Assembly (NCBI GenBank): GCA_000004695.1
Contig: CM000152.2
Location: forward strand, 1,664,001-1,728,000
DNA from: Dictyostelium discoideum
Lineage: Eukaryota
Reading direction: 5' to 3'
Length of the DNA: 64,000 bases
Shown here: in pieces, positions 10,310-22,024 of the stretch
How the letters are laid out: each line of letters starts with the position of its first letter
Numbering within the stretch: the stretch's first letter is position 1
The notes under the pieces: model-generated
Seen by the model: only the letters and a program-made list of their open reading frames with translations
Database searches by the model: none
What the model was told of the DNA's origin: nothing
Made by a program: the position numbers and the translations under genes

Positions 10310-10671
10310 GTGCTATATTCAGAAAGTAAACAAAATTTTGATTTATCAAAATTAAAATCATTAATTTTTATAATTTCCAATTTCCTACCTTTATAACATT
10401 GATTTTGAGTGAAAATTTCTGTTTGATAATATTTTGATTCTATTGTACATTGAATTGGAATAATTAATGGTTCGCACGATATCATTGCATTTTGAGTTTC
10501 AGTCCAAAATTTATGTTCATAAAATACTGTGATTCTTGTAATTTCACCACTACAATTTATTGAATTTTCATAATCGCTAATAACATATAAATGTTCCTTT
10601 TTATTGGCTTTTACAATAATTAAAATCATTGAAAAAATAATTAATTTAATATTAATTTTAAAATATAACAT
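10310..10671 (-). CDS. Hypothetical secreted protein, exon 1 of 2 (signal peptide MLYFKINIKLIIFSMILIIVKA).
   Basis: N-terminal hydrophobic signal sequence. The exon ends at a GTAAGT donor (10309->10304) in phase 2. Confidence 0.45.
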
Positions 10672-10684
10672 TTTTTAATTATTA

Positions 10685-10715
<31 letters not shown>

Positions 10716-11581
10716 TTTATTTATTATTAATATTATTATAATTTATTATTTTTACAATTATTCTTTTAAAAAATTATTGGAGTTTTATATTGTTATTATT
10801 TTTACAAATTACAATATTTTTAAATTAAATTTTTTATCTCTTTTTTTTTAAAATTAAATAAGTTTAAAAAAAAAAAATAATAAATAATAAAAATAATAAA
10901 AATAAAACGTTTATTTTACAATTTAACTTTTTTTTTTTTTTTATTTTTATTTTTATTACATTTTTATTAAATAAATAATTTTAAATAATATTAATAAAAA
11001 AAAAAAAATAAAAAAAATAAAAAAAAAATCGATTCGGATATAATAATCCATAACTAATACAATAATAAATAATTATTATTATTTGTTGCTAATCATTTTT
11101 ATATTTGTTTATAAAAATTTTAGGGTGTGTGTTTTTTTTTTTTTTTTTTTAAATGGTGTGAGTGTGATATTGTACATGAATGATTTCTATAGATTAAAAT
11201 AAAAAAAATATATTAAAAAGGAAAATAATGGTTTGTGTTTAAAAAAAAAATTAAAGAATTTTAAAAAATTAACTTGTTTATTTTATTTATTTATTTATTT
11301 TTAAAAAAAAACAATCAAAAAATTTCAATAAATAAATTAATTTAATTTAAAACATATAAATATAAATATAAAAAAAAAAAACAAAAAATATATATATATA
11401 TATAAATATTTAAAAACTAAAATGGTAGAATTAAAAATAGTAGTTTTAATGATGACAAAAAGGTTCAACCTATTAACTTCTTAAATTTGTAATGAACAAT
11501 CAAGTGAAATCGTTTTTAAAAAGATCTTTATATAAAATAATTAATTTTTACTTTTTAAAAAAAAATAATAAAAAAAATAAA

Positions 11582-11616
<35 letters not shown>

Positions 11617-11768
11617 ATAATATTTGTTTAAATAATTTTACAATTATTTTTAATTTTTAATTTTTAATTTTTTTTTTTATTTTTTATTTTTTATTATTTT
11701 TTTTATTATATTTATTATTTATTTATTTATTTATTTATATATATATAATTAAAAAAAAAAATTAATTA

Positions 11769-13652
11769 TTAAATTGAGGCAGTATTTGAAGTAGTTGAAG
11801 ATTGAATACCATTTGAAGAGGAAGAAAGTACTGGTGATGATAAATTATTAACTAAATCAGTGAATGATTGGAAAATATTACCATTTATAAAGTTATTATC
11901 AACGATATTGATGAGATAATAATTATTGATCATTGAATCGAGTAGAGTACGAGAAGTTGATGATGGAGAGTAAGTTGAAGACCATTGAGTTTCCCAGAGA
12001 GCAAAAGCTTCATCCTTCCAAACCATAAAAGAATTATGATCAACAACTGTTGGTTGAATGATTTCCTTACCTGGGAAGATACCCCAAGTGACGGCGTTAG
12101 TTCCTTTGGTATTGGTTTTACTATCACCTTTACGATTGACTGCATGATAAGTGATCATTGGACATTTCTTAAAGTATTCGATGAGTTTTAAGGTATTCTC
12201 TGGTGAGGCAAAGAATTCAATGTATGCTTTTTTGTAGACAATACCATTCTTACCACCCCAACCATGTTGTTTATCGGTTGATGGTAAACCATTGATTGCA
12301 GGTTGTGAATTGATTGTAAGGAAACCATTCTTATTTAAAAATACTAATTGCTCTTTAATATTTTCAGATTCCAATGACAATGGTGAATCATTCCATGGTA
12401 GTCTCTTGATATTACCTGAACAATAGGAAGCGAAAACATTATAAACATCTTGTTCTGATTGTGGTGAATCACCATAAATATTTGGAACAACAACAGAGTC
12501 ACCAGTGGTGGTGGTGGTGGTATTATTATTTGCAGAACCACCTGGTGGAGGTGTGACACCACCTAAATGGTAATCGGAAAGATCACCAAATGCTGGTGAT
12601 CTATAGTCACCCCAACGACCATTTGGAAATTCATCCCAGGAGCCAGTACGAGCGATATAAGAACGTGGACGATTTTGCCAAAAGATTGGACGGACCTCTT
12701 CCTTTAAACGGTTACCAGCAGCCGATTGAGCCCATGGTAAGAATGGTGAGAGTTGGTCTGGTGTGACCAATTGAAGACCCTTTAAAACCTTTCTAACGGA
12801 ACGTTCCAAATTGAGTGTGTAAAAGTGTAAACCCTCAACACCGAAATCCAATAGTCTCTTACTCATTTCAACACATAAACGTACACCATACTTTTTGACC
12901 TCCTCATCGTTATCTTTGATTGGTTCGAGGTTATCCATGATGTATTGTGGTACCTTTGTCTTTGAGAGAGTGGTCATACGAACGAAACCAGCATAGGTTT
13001 GAATTGGCATGATACCCGGTATGATTGGACAATTGATGCCAACGGAACGACACTTTTCAACAAACTCGCAAAAGATATCGCAATCATAGAACAATTGAGT
13101 GATGATGAAATCTGCGCCGGCGTCTACCTTCTCTTTGAGATAACGAATGTCCTCCTCCTTGGACACGCAATCTGAATGACCCTCTGGGTAGCCTGCTACG
13201 CTGATGCAAAAGTAGTCGCCATACTTTTCACGAATGAAACGAACTAAATCTGCTGCGTATGCAAATCCACCCTCAATCTTTTTCCACTCTTCACCACGTG
13301 GTGGGTCACCACGTAATGCCAATATATTTCTAATACCTGTTGATTTTGCTTTATCCAATGCATAGATAATCTCACTCACTGGCATATTGGTACAGGTTAA
13401 ATGCATCATTGTTTCTAAACCACAAACGTTTTGTGCCTTCTCTGCAATTTCCAAGGTTAAGGCTGATGTTGATCCACCTGCTCCCCATGTAATATCTATA
13501 AACAATGGTTCAAACAATAACATTCTACCTAAACGGTCATATAAATTTTGTACACCTTCCATGGTTTTTGGTGGAAAATATTCGAATGAATAAAATGGTG
13601 TATTACTTTCTTTTTTCTTTTGAATTTTATCTATAATTTTCATTGATGTCAT
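11769..13652 (-). CDS. Methylenetetrahydrofolate reductase (MTHFR), eukaryotic type with a C-terminal regulatory domain, 627 aa, single exon.
   Basis: FYSFEFFPPKT, DITWGAGG, LRGDPP, GYPEGH and other MTHFR catalytic-domain motifs. The C-terminal SAM-regulatory domain has a low-complexity insert. Confidence 0.85.
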   Translation of the reverse strand: MTSMKIIDKIQKKKESNTPFYSFEYFPPKTMEGVQNLYDRLGRMLLFEPLFIDITWGAGGSTSALTLEIAEKAQNVCGLETMMHLTCTNMPVSEIIYALDKAKSTGIRNILALRGDPPRGEEWKKIEGGFAYAADLVRFIREKYGDYFCISVAGYPEGHSDCVSKEEDIRYLKEKVDAGADFIITQLFYDCDIFCEFVEKCRSVGINCPIIPGIMPIQTYAGFVRMTTLSKTKVPQYIMDNLEPIKDNDEEVKKYGVRLCVEMSKRLLDFGVEGLHFYTLNLERSVRKVLKGLQLVTPDQLSPFLPWAQSAAGNRLKEEVRPIFWQNRPRSYIARTGSWDEFPNGRWGDYRSPAFGDLSDYHLGGVTPPPGGSANNNTTTTTTGDSVVVPNIYGDSPQSEQDVYNVFASYCSGNIKRLPWNDSPLSLESENIKEQLVFLNKNGFLTINSQPAINGLPSTDKQHGWGGKNGIVYKKAYIEFFASPENTLKLIEYFKKCPMITYHAVNRKGDSKTNTKGTNAVTWGIFPGKEIIQPTVVDHNSFMVWKDEAFALWETQWSSTYSPSSTSRTLLDSMINNYYLINIVDNNFINGNIFQSFTDLVNNLSSPVLSSSSNGIQSSTTSNTASI

Positions 13653-14245
13653 TTTTTTTTTTTTTTCCTATATATATATTTGACCTATGATTTATTTATT
13701 TATTAAATTTGTTTAATTTATGTTTTGGTTTTTGCGCTTTTGTTTGTATTATTTTTTTTTTTTTTTGTTTGAAAAAATAAAAATAAAATAAGAGAGAAAA
13801 GAAAAAAACAGTTTAATTTTTTTTTTTTTTCTTTTTAGTACTACACTTTTTAAAAAATAAAAAAATAAAAAATAAAAAAAATTTTAAAATTTTAAATTAG
13901 TATGGAAATAATAAAATATTATTATTTGAAGGGTTTTGTATTTAATTTTAAATCTACTCCATTAAAAAAAAAATAGAAATATCTTTTTTTTTTAAGAATT
14001 AAAAAATAAAAAATAAAAAAAATAAAAATAAAAAAAATTTAAAAGCACCCCCTTCGGGGATAAGGGTGGGTCGAAGGAAAAAAAAAAAAAAAATAAAAAA
14101 AAATATATTTATATAAAAAATGAATTTTATTAATCTTACCAAATTGTTTTATTAAATCTTTATTCCGGTGTCTAAAAAAGAAAGAATGCAATTGAATAAT
14201 GATAACCCAATAGTTTTTTTTTTTAAGATAAAAATAAAATAATTG

Positions 14246-14282
<37 letters not shown>

Positions 14283-14568
14283 ATTGAAAAAAAAAATGAA
14301 AAAAAAAAAAAAAATAAAAAAAAAAAAAAAATAATTGGCTCTTGATCACCCTATGGAAAAAAAAAAAAAAATATCTTGAATCAATGAGTCAAAGATAATG
14401 GTAACCAAAAAGCTGCAAATGTAATATTAAAAACAAATAAAAAAAAAAAATAAAAAAAAAAATAAAAAAATACTAAAATTATTATTTAAATATAAAAATA
14501 TTAAAATAAGATTTTTTTTTGTTTTTTCATAATTTTATATTTATTATAATCCTTTCTTTTTTTAAATT

Positions 14569-14608
<40 letters not shown>

Positions 14609-14673
14609 TTGTTTATTTACTTATTTATTATTTTTCATTTTAGTAAAATCCCAAAAATTAGTTCATTCTCCCA

Positions 14674-14721
<48 letters not shown>

Positions 14722-14853
14722 TTTATACCAGGAGAGGATTTGTCGTTTAATTTATTTTTTATTTTTTCATTTTTTTTTTTTTTTTTTTTTTATTTTTAAA
14801 TTTTGTTTTTGTTTTGGATCTATAAAAAAAAAAAACAAAGAAAAAGTATTTTA

Positions 14854-14888
<35 letters not shown>

Positions 14889-14973
14889 TAATAATAATAA
14901 TAATAATAGTAATAATAATAAATAATAAATAATAATTATAATTATAATAATATATAATAATTTATAATAATAA

Positions 14974-16116
14974 ATGTCAACAATTTATTCAAATCAAAAT
15001 AGTAGATTATTATTTGAAAAATGTAGAAATAATGAAACAGAAAAAGCAATAGCAATGATAAAGGATAGAGAGAATTTAAGAATTAATGTTAATGAAAGAT
15101 TTGAAGGTGGATGTACATCATTTTTTATATGTTGTTATTTAGGTAATTTAAAGGTAGCCAAAATGTTGGTAGACGAATGTAATGATATAGATATAACGAT
15201 TGAAAGTGACAATATTTCACCATTCACAGTATCATGTGTTCAAGGTAAAACATCAATAGTCGAATACCTATTGACTGAGCATGGTAATAAAGTTGATGTT
15301 CATTCAATGATAACAGGTTTAGTTGGTGCATGTCAATACGGATTTCCACAAATTGTTAGAAGAATTTTAGGTAAAGGTGAACTTGATATTAATATCGCAG
15401 TGGACGATTTCGGTGCAACATTATTATACGTTGCCGTTGAAACTGAAAATGAAGAAGTTGTATCATTATTATTAAATCAAGGATCAAATCCAAATATATC
15501 AAGAGGTGGTTATTATCCAATTCATTTATCATCACAAAGTGGTAATTTAAAGATACTAGAAATGTTATTAAAATCCAACTATTCAGTCGAAACCACCACC
15601 GATGTTAATGTACAAACACCAGATGGCGCAACTTCATTATTAATCGCCGCACAAAATGGTAATATCAAAGTGATTGACCTTTTATATAAATATGGAGCCG
15701 ATCCAAATATTCAAATGAAAACCGATGGTTCAACACCACTATACGTCGCAGCAGCAAGACATCATAAAAATACAATCGATGCATTATTAGAGAATAAAGA
15801 TTTAGATATAAATCTTGGTTTATTCGATGGTACAACAACATTACATGTTTTAGCTCAATTTGGTTATTTAGATTCAATTGAAAAGATATTCGATAGATTT
15901 CAATCAACCATTAAAGTTGATCCAAAAAAGAATGATCAATCAACTCCACTTCATTTAGCTGCTCGTCATGGTCAATATAAAGTTTGTCAATTCTTAATTG
16001 ATCATGGTGCTGATATTAATTTAATTTGTGATGGTGATACTGCTTATTCAATCGCAAAAAGATATGGTAGAACTGATACAATTAAAGTTTTAGAAGATGC
16101 ATTAAATAAAAAATAA
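14974..16116 (+). CDS. Ankyrin-repeat protein, 380 aa.
   Basis: Multiple ~33-aa repeats with ankyrin-type motifs (TPLHLAARHGQYKVCQFLIDHGADIN, GATSLLIAAQNGNIKVIDLLYKYGADPN). Confidence 0.7.
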   Translation: MSTIYSNQNSRLLFEKCRNNETEKAIAMIKDRENLRINVNERFEGGCTSFFICCYLGNLKVAKMLVDECNDIDITIESDNISPFTVSCVQGKTSIVEYLLTEHGNKVDVHSMITGLVGACQYGFPQIVRRILGKGELDINIAVDDFGATLLYVAVETENEEVVSLLLNQGSNPNISRGGYYPIHLSSQSGNLKILEMLLKSNYSVETTTDVNVQTPDGATSLLIAAQNGNIKVIDLLYKYGADPNIQMKTDGSTPLYVAAARHHKNTIDALLENKDLDINLGLFDGTTTLHVLAQFGYLDSIEKIFDRFQSTIKVDPKKNDQSTPLHLAARHGQYKVCQFLIDHGADINLICDGDTAYSIAKRYGRTDTIKVLEDALNKK

Positions 16117-16227
16117 AAAGTTTATATTATTATTATTATTAAGTTTTATTGTATTTTATTTTTTTAATTTATTATTTTTTTAATTTTTTTTTTTTTATTA
16201 ACTTGAATTATTTATTTATTTATTTAT

Positions 16228-18663
16228 TTAAATTTGATTATTAATTAATAAATTTAAATTATGTTCAAATAATGCCATAATATCAGGTGAAGTAGTTTTT
16301 GAAGAACATCTACAAGTATTTGTTGAAATGTTGAAAGCCAATTCAATTAAAATGTAAACAGAACTTTCAGTTTTACAAGAGAGGAAAGAGATTTCTTGAT
16401 TTGGAGCTTTCTTTCTAACGATTTCAAAGATATTCTTACTATTTAAACGACGAAGGATAGAGTCAACATCTACATGTGGTAAACGTACTTGAATTTCAAC
16501 TGAACGTTCATTTGATTCTGGAATTGATTTCCACATGGATAAATAAGATTCACGATCGAGACGACCAGTTTCTGTCAATAGACAAAGTAATGGGAAATTC
16601 ATCTTAAAGTAGAATCTCTCTTGACTTGGTAATACCATCATTGCCATATCAATGACTGGATTCAATGGATTTGAGATTTGACCATTGCATGAGATTGGAA
16701 TTGTGACATCAGTGCTTTGGCCTACTTCAATAGCACCACATGATAAGATTTGATCAGCTGGTGAAATACCAAAACTATTTTGATAAAATTGAATCTTGAA
16801 TTTTGACATACCTTGTTGACTTGTATTCAAAAGATTTAATTCTAAATTAATTCTACCTTGGAATCTTGTAAATGCTCCACTAATTTGAATTGCTTGTGAT
16901 CTATCACCACCAAATACAACAACTTTATTAACTGGTGCTTGAACTTCACCACCACCACCACCACCACCTAAAAATGATAAATCATTTGAATTACCATTAA
17001 ATTGTTGTGGTTGTGGTGAATACATATTATTATTATTATTATTACCATAATTATTGTTGTTATTATTTGGTAATGCACCACCTAAATCTGATAAATCTAA
17101 ATCGATTAAATTACCAGATTTTGGTTGTTGTTGTTGTGGTTGTTGTTGTTGATAACCACCTTGTTGTTGTTGTTGTTGTTGTTGTTGATAACCACCTTGT
17201 TGTTGTTGACCACCTTGTTGATTATTCATATTATCATCATCAACATAATCTGGTTCTTCTTCATCTTCTTCTTCTTTATTTCTTAAACCACGTTTATTGA
17301 GACCCTTTAATTTAGTGACAAAAGTCTCTGGTGGTTTATGATAAACTGAAGCGAGTGTTGAAATGTTTAAGATTAATTCATTTAATAATGATTCATCGAG
17401 ATGACTAGTGGTATCAGTAATGAGTGGTTTTTCAGAGAGTACTACGGCTTTGGCAGCTTCGAAATCGGTTGATAAGAGTCTCCAATAGACAAAACCACGA
17501 TCACGTAAATCTGGATTATCAGATTCTTGAGTTGAAAGATTTAAAACTGTTTGAACCATTTGTTGAGCATCTTTTGGTCTCTTTAAAAAGAGTTTAACGA
17601 TAGAGGTTAAAAGTTGTAATTGAACTTGACTATTTTCATCTTTGAAACCTTCCAAGAAAGAGTTTAATAATTCATGAGCATTATCGATACGTTCAGCATA
17701 TTCACCAATGATCCAAATCATTGAAGCCTTTGCCTCTGGTTCGTCCAATGATTCGAGGTTGGCGCAAAGGGTGGCGATGATACCTTCATATTTGTTTGGA
17801 TACTTTCTAAAGATATCCTTGATGACGATGATTGCCTCTTGGACGACATAGTTAACTTTGGTTTGAATGAGGTCCAATAACACTTGAATACAACGTTCAG
17901 AGGCACGATCGATTTTAATTGCACAACGACCGATTGCACGAACTGCTTTTCTAACAAATTCAACATCGATCTCAGTGGCATACTCTTTGAACTCCAATAG
18001 CACCTCTTCAATGTTCTTCTCGTTGGCCAACATGATCATAATCTCCAATTTTTCCATCTTTACATAGATTGGGTCATTGTATTTGCAAAAGAATACTTTC
18101 ATTTCATATTGAAGGATCTCTGGACGCTTTTGAACGATCAAATTAATATTACGAAGACCCAAGAATTGGATTTCTGGTTCCTTTGATAACAAAGTGACCA
18201 ATGGTGGTGCCATCTTCTTGCAGAATAAACGAATGACATCATTGTTGCCAATGGAGTTCATATATTTCATCAACACTTTGACAGCCGATAAAACTACTGC
18301 AGAGTTGGCATGTTGAAGACGTGGTGCAACACGTTCACAAACATTCTCTGCTTCTTGTGAATCTCTTGGTGTATATTTACATAATGAATTCAAAATGAAA
18401 ACTTGACCCCATTCTGTACACTCATTAAGTGCAGCTAATAATTTATTAAGATTACCTGAATGAATTCTAAATACTTCCTTCTTACTAACTTCATCAATCT
18501 CTGTTAATGATGCTACTGCATTTGCAACTACCATTGGATTTGAATCACCTAATAAATCATTTAAAATATTTAAAAATCCTTGATTTTCAACTAATTCTGG
18601 ATTAACATCATATAATTTTGCTACACAAACTGCTGCTGTTTTTCTAACATATGGATCTTGATC
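16228..18663 (-). CDS. ap1b1: Beta-adaptin (AP-1/AP-2 complex beta subunit), exon 3 of 3 (trunk C-part, hinge with poly-Q/G, appendage).
   Basis: Begins DQDPYVRKTAAVCVAKLYDVNPELVENQGFL (beta-adaptin HEAT trunk) after intron 18664..18759. A Q/G/N-rich hinge is followed by appendage-domain sequence. Confidence 0.75.
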   Translation of the reverse strand, partial: DQDPYVRKTAAVCVAKLYDVNPELVENQGFLNILNDLLGDSNPMVVANAVASLTEIDEVSKKEVFRIHSGNLNKLLAALNECTEWGQVFILNSLCKYTPRDSQEAENVCERVAPRLQHANSAVVLSAVKVLMKYMNSIGNNDVIRLFCKKMAPPLVTLLSKEPEIQFLGLRNINLIVQKRPEILQYEMKVFFCKYNDPIYVKMEKLEIMIMLANEKNIEEVLLEFKEYATEIDVEFVRKAVRAIGRCAIKIDRASERCIQVLLDLIQTKVNYVVQEAIIVIKDIFRKYPNKYEGIIATLCANLESLDEPEAKASMIWIIGEYAERIDNAHELLNSFLEGFKDENSQVQLQLLTSIVKLFLKRPKDAQQMVQTVLNLSTQESDNPDLRDRGFVYWRLLSTDFEAAKAVVLSEKPLITDTTSHLDESLLNELILNISTLASVYHKPPETFVTKLKGLNKRGLRNKEEEDEEEPDYVDDDNMNNQQGGQQQQGGYQQQQQQQQQGGYQQQQPQQQQPKSGNLIDLDLSDLGGALPNNNNNNYGNNNNNNMYSPQPQQFNGNSNDLSFLGGGGGGGEVQAPVNKVVVFGGDRSQAIQISGAFTRFQGRINLELNLLNTSQQGMSKFKIQFYQNSFGISPADQILSCGAIEVGQSTDVTIPISCNGQISNPLNPVIDMAMMVLPSQERFYFKMNFPLLCLLTETGRLDRESYLSMWKSIPESNERSVEIQVRLPHVDVDSILRRLNSKNIFEIVRKKAPNQEISFLSCKTESSVYILIELAFNISTNTCRCSSKTTSPDIMALFEHNLNLLINNQI

Positions 18664-18759
18664 CTATATAATAAAAAAAAAATAAAAAATAAAAAATAAA
18701 AAAAAAATATGTTAATATATTAATATGTTAATATATAAGAAATAAAAAAAGTAACTTAC

Positions 18760-19116
18760 TTTTAATGCATGTCTTAATGGTTCACAAAGATGTTCGGTAA
18801 TATTATCAACTCTAATACAACCCATAGTTCTAACTGCTAAAGCTCTAATTAATGGATTTGGATCGGAAGCATCCTTTTGGAAAGTATTTACTGCAAGAAT
18901 AGCACGATCTGGATGATTCTTGGCATAATTCATAACATAGAGGTAAACTAATTTCTTTAATTCCAAGTTATGGGTTTGCATACAATTGAGGACATGAGTG
19001 AATAACATACTAACATCTTTACCAACTGTCATTGCTGCAATTACCTTCTTTACTGCTTCCTTTTTTTTATCTTCTCTTTGTGATAATAATTCTTCTTTTA
19101 ATTCATGAATTTCACC
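18760..19116 (-). CDS. ap1b1: Beta-adaptin exon 2 of 3.
   Basis: [60 protein letters not shown]... is the conserved beta-adaptin N-terminus. It ends at a GTAAGT donor. Confidence 0.75.
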
Positions 19117-19243
19117 TATTTATTATTTTATAAGTTTTAAAAAATAAAAATAAAAAAAAAATAAAAAAAAATATATGTATATTAATATATATATACTTTT
19201 TATTTGTTTTCATTCGGGGGTGTGTGTGTGTGGTTTTTCATAG

Positions 19244-19288
<45 letters not shown>

Positions 19289-19291
19289 TAC

Positions 19292-19328
19292 CTTTTTTGG
19301 TGGTTTGAAAATACTTTGAGTCAGACAT
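19292..19328 (-). CDS. ap1b1: Beta-adaptin exon 1 of 3 (MSDSKYFQTTKKG), phase-1 donor GTAAAT.
   Basis: ATG at 19328. The MSDSKYFQTTKKGEIHELK junction reconstitutes the canonical beta-adaptin start after removal of the 19117..19291 AT-rich intron. Confidence 0.6.
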
Positions 19329-19490
19329 TTTCTTTTTTTTTTTTATACTAATACAACACTTTAATAGTGTATTGTAATCCTCTTAAAAAAATATTATAAA
19401 TAAATAAATATAAGTTCTTGATGGATTATATTAATATTTTAATGATATGTGCGTGTTAATTTGAAATTAAAAAAAAATTAAAAAAAATTA

Positions 19491-19523
<33 letters not shown>

Positions 19524-19988
19524 CCAAAAAAAAAAAAATGATTTTTTTAATATTTTTTTTTATGTTGAATTTCCAAAACCACTTACATTATAAATACTTT
19601 ATTTATATTCTTTATATGTATTTTTTTTTTTTTTTTTAGATTTTATTTTTTTGGTGTGGTTTTAAAAAAAAAGGTTAGTTATTCATTGATTAAAAAAAAA
19701 TAAAATTAAATAAATAAATTTCAAAGCCCAAATTCATTCCATGAAAAATACTCATATAATTTAAATCAACCCAGAAACTTTTTTTTTTGAGTGATTGTTT
19801 CAGATTAAAAAAAATATTTATTTGTTATTTTTTTTAATATTTTTTTTATTTTTTTTATTTTTTTTTTCATTTTTTTTAGATATTTTTCAGTTATGGTGTT
19901 GGTTTTTATTTTTTTTAAAGATATTTTTTTTTTTTTTCAAAAAATTTTTCTGATAATTTTGTTGATGGTGGTGTCCCAATCCCTTAAC

Positions 19989-20021
<33 letters not shown>

Positions 20022-20071
20022 AAGTAAAAAAAAAAAAAAAAAAAAAACAAAACAAAAACAAAGCATCAAAC

Positions 20072-20674
20072 ATGAAAATAAAAATTATAATAACAATTTT
20101 ATTTATTATTTTAATAAATAATATAATTTTAAATGTTGAATGTCAACAACAGCTAGGAAAAACAATGAAATGGGTTGACACTACCAATAAATTGGATTTT
20201 GAAGATCCACTTGGTTGGGACTTAAATATTAAACCATATAGAAATGATAGTGCTATCATTTCATTACATGGTTCAATGGTAATTTCAAATAAAAATACAT
20301 CTGTTGTTGGTGTAAATTCATTATTTGTTGATAATGGTAGTACTTTTCTATGTTATACACAATTTTGGTCATTTGAAAATATTACAATTGGAGATACTGT
20401 TGGTGGAAATACTGGTTTTTCACCAGCGATTTTCATAAATACAAGATATTTTGGAAGTCCATTAATTGAAATTAGAGGTTTTTTAATCTTGGCATCGACA
20501 AATGTTTTTTATTCAAACATTAAACTCTATGGAGAGGGTGTCTTAACCTCATATGATGGATGTACAAAACCAACATGTGCTTCTCTTTTCCTTGACACAA
20601 ATGTAACATTTTTTGAAAAATCACAATTATTATTAAATAATATTACTTCTTCTTTTTTCGATTTAACTTTTTAT
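20072..20674 (+). CDS. Secreted N-glycosylated protein, putative exon 1 (signal peptide MKIKIIITILFIILINNIILNVEC). Its junction to the next exon is unresolved.
   Basis: ORF with an N-terminal signal peptide and many N-x-S/T sites. A GTAAGT donor at 20675 (phase 0) is followed by a T45 tract. No phase-compatible acceptor joins it to the ORF that begins at 20878. Confidence 0.4.
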
Positions 20675-20677
20675 GTA

Positions 20678-20727
<50 letters not shown>

Positions 20728-20752
20728 TTTAAAAAAAATTAAAAAATTATTA

Positions 20753-20797
<45 letters not shown>

Positions 20798-20877
20798 ATA
20801 ATTATAATTATAAAAGAATGATTCAAATACTTTAATTTTGGAAAGTATATTATATACTCTTTCACCAGTATTTTTAA

Positions 20878-21952
20878 ATGATAAATACACCATTAAATAT
20901 TGTGGATTCTTTAATTACAGAAAATGGTACTTTAATATTAAATGATCAATCAATATTAAAAACATATAACAAAGGTTACCTTTTAATTAATAATATATTA
21001 ACAATGAATGATAATTCATCAATGATAGTATCGAATAAATCAATGATTCATGTCAATGGTGAATGTAAAGTAAGAAATTGTAATATATCTTATTCAGTTA
21101 TTCAAAGTTTAGGTAGTTTTGAAGGAAATGGTGATTATTTTAAACTTTTCACAAGTACAGTTGCGGTAATTGGGAATTTAACATTCAAATCAAATGAAAC
21201 CAATATAGATCATGGTACTGTGAATGTATATAGTGGTGGTAATTTATCAATTTATAATAAACTATTCATTAATAGTGGTAGTAATTTTATAATTGAAGGT
21301 GATTTAATTATAAATGATTTCTCAACAGTTGAAGCTGTATCATCAAGAATCGTCTTATTAAATAATGGTAAATTATTATTATCACCATTATCAAATGCAA
21401 AATTGGATAATATTGATTTCGATATTCAAAATGGTACTCTAACATCAATTGGTGATATGTATTTATCTTCAAATACTTTAATTTCAAATAAAGATACATT
21501 TTTATTATCTTCAAATATTTTTGAAACTACAAAATCTTCAAAAATTGAAAATACTGGTTCAATGATTATTAATCATATTGGAAATGGAAATGGAAATGGA
21601 AATGATGATAAATCATTTTCAATTGGTGTAAATCTTATAAATAGTGGTGGTCTAATTCAAGTCGGTAATGATAAAATTGGAAAAAATATTGAAATTCTTG
21701 ATTATATTCAACATAATAATAATTCAATACTTTTAATAAATAAAAATTCAATTATTTCAAGTAATGAAACAATTAAAATTCAAGGTGGACTTGTTTATGG
21801 AAATGGTACTTTTAATTCTTCAATAAATCATTCAAATGGTAATTTATTATCGCTTAATCAAACAAATCAAATTAATATTACAAATAATTATATTCAAGGT
21901 GAAAATGCAACAATTATAATTTTAATTAATTCAAAAGATGATTTTTCAAAAT
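20878..21952 (+). CDS. Asn/Ser-rich beta-helix-like glycoprotein ORF (middle exon; 5' boundary uncertain), phase-1 GTAAGT donor at 21953.
   Basis: Open frame rich in NGT/NxS repeats. It is spliced in frame (t+ta) to the following exon. Confidence 0.4.
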
Positions 21953-22024
21953 GTAAGTTTTTTTTTTTTTTTAAAAATAAAAAAATTTAAATAATAATTA
22001 AACAAATATTAATTTTTTTAATAG

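Noticed and set aside
14041-14077. Possible tRNA or tRNA fragment at the GC-rich island (GGGTCGAAGG resembles a T-loop).
   Set aside because: No acceptor stem, D-arm or anticodon arm can be folded, and the A-box and B-box spacing is absent. It is retained only as a hairpin or structured-element candidate in the findings.
14152-14349. Poly-Phe ORFs inside dA:dT tracts (14152..14349, 19887..20069, 49678..49980, 24162..24465, 46681..47034, 47504..47902) and the poly-F/poly-I tail of ORF 20072..20821.
   Set aside because: These are homopolymer or AT-microsatellite intergenic or intronic sequence (TTT=Phe, AAA=Lys, ATT=Ile). No codon-usage signal or domains, and they overlap promoters or introns of real genes.
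19215-19232. (GT)7 microsatellite and a (TTA)n run upstream of the beta-adaptin start.
   Set aside because: Short simple repeats in a 5' flanking region. Nothing distinguishes them from background microsatellites in this genome.
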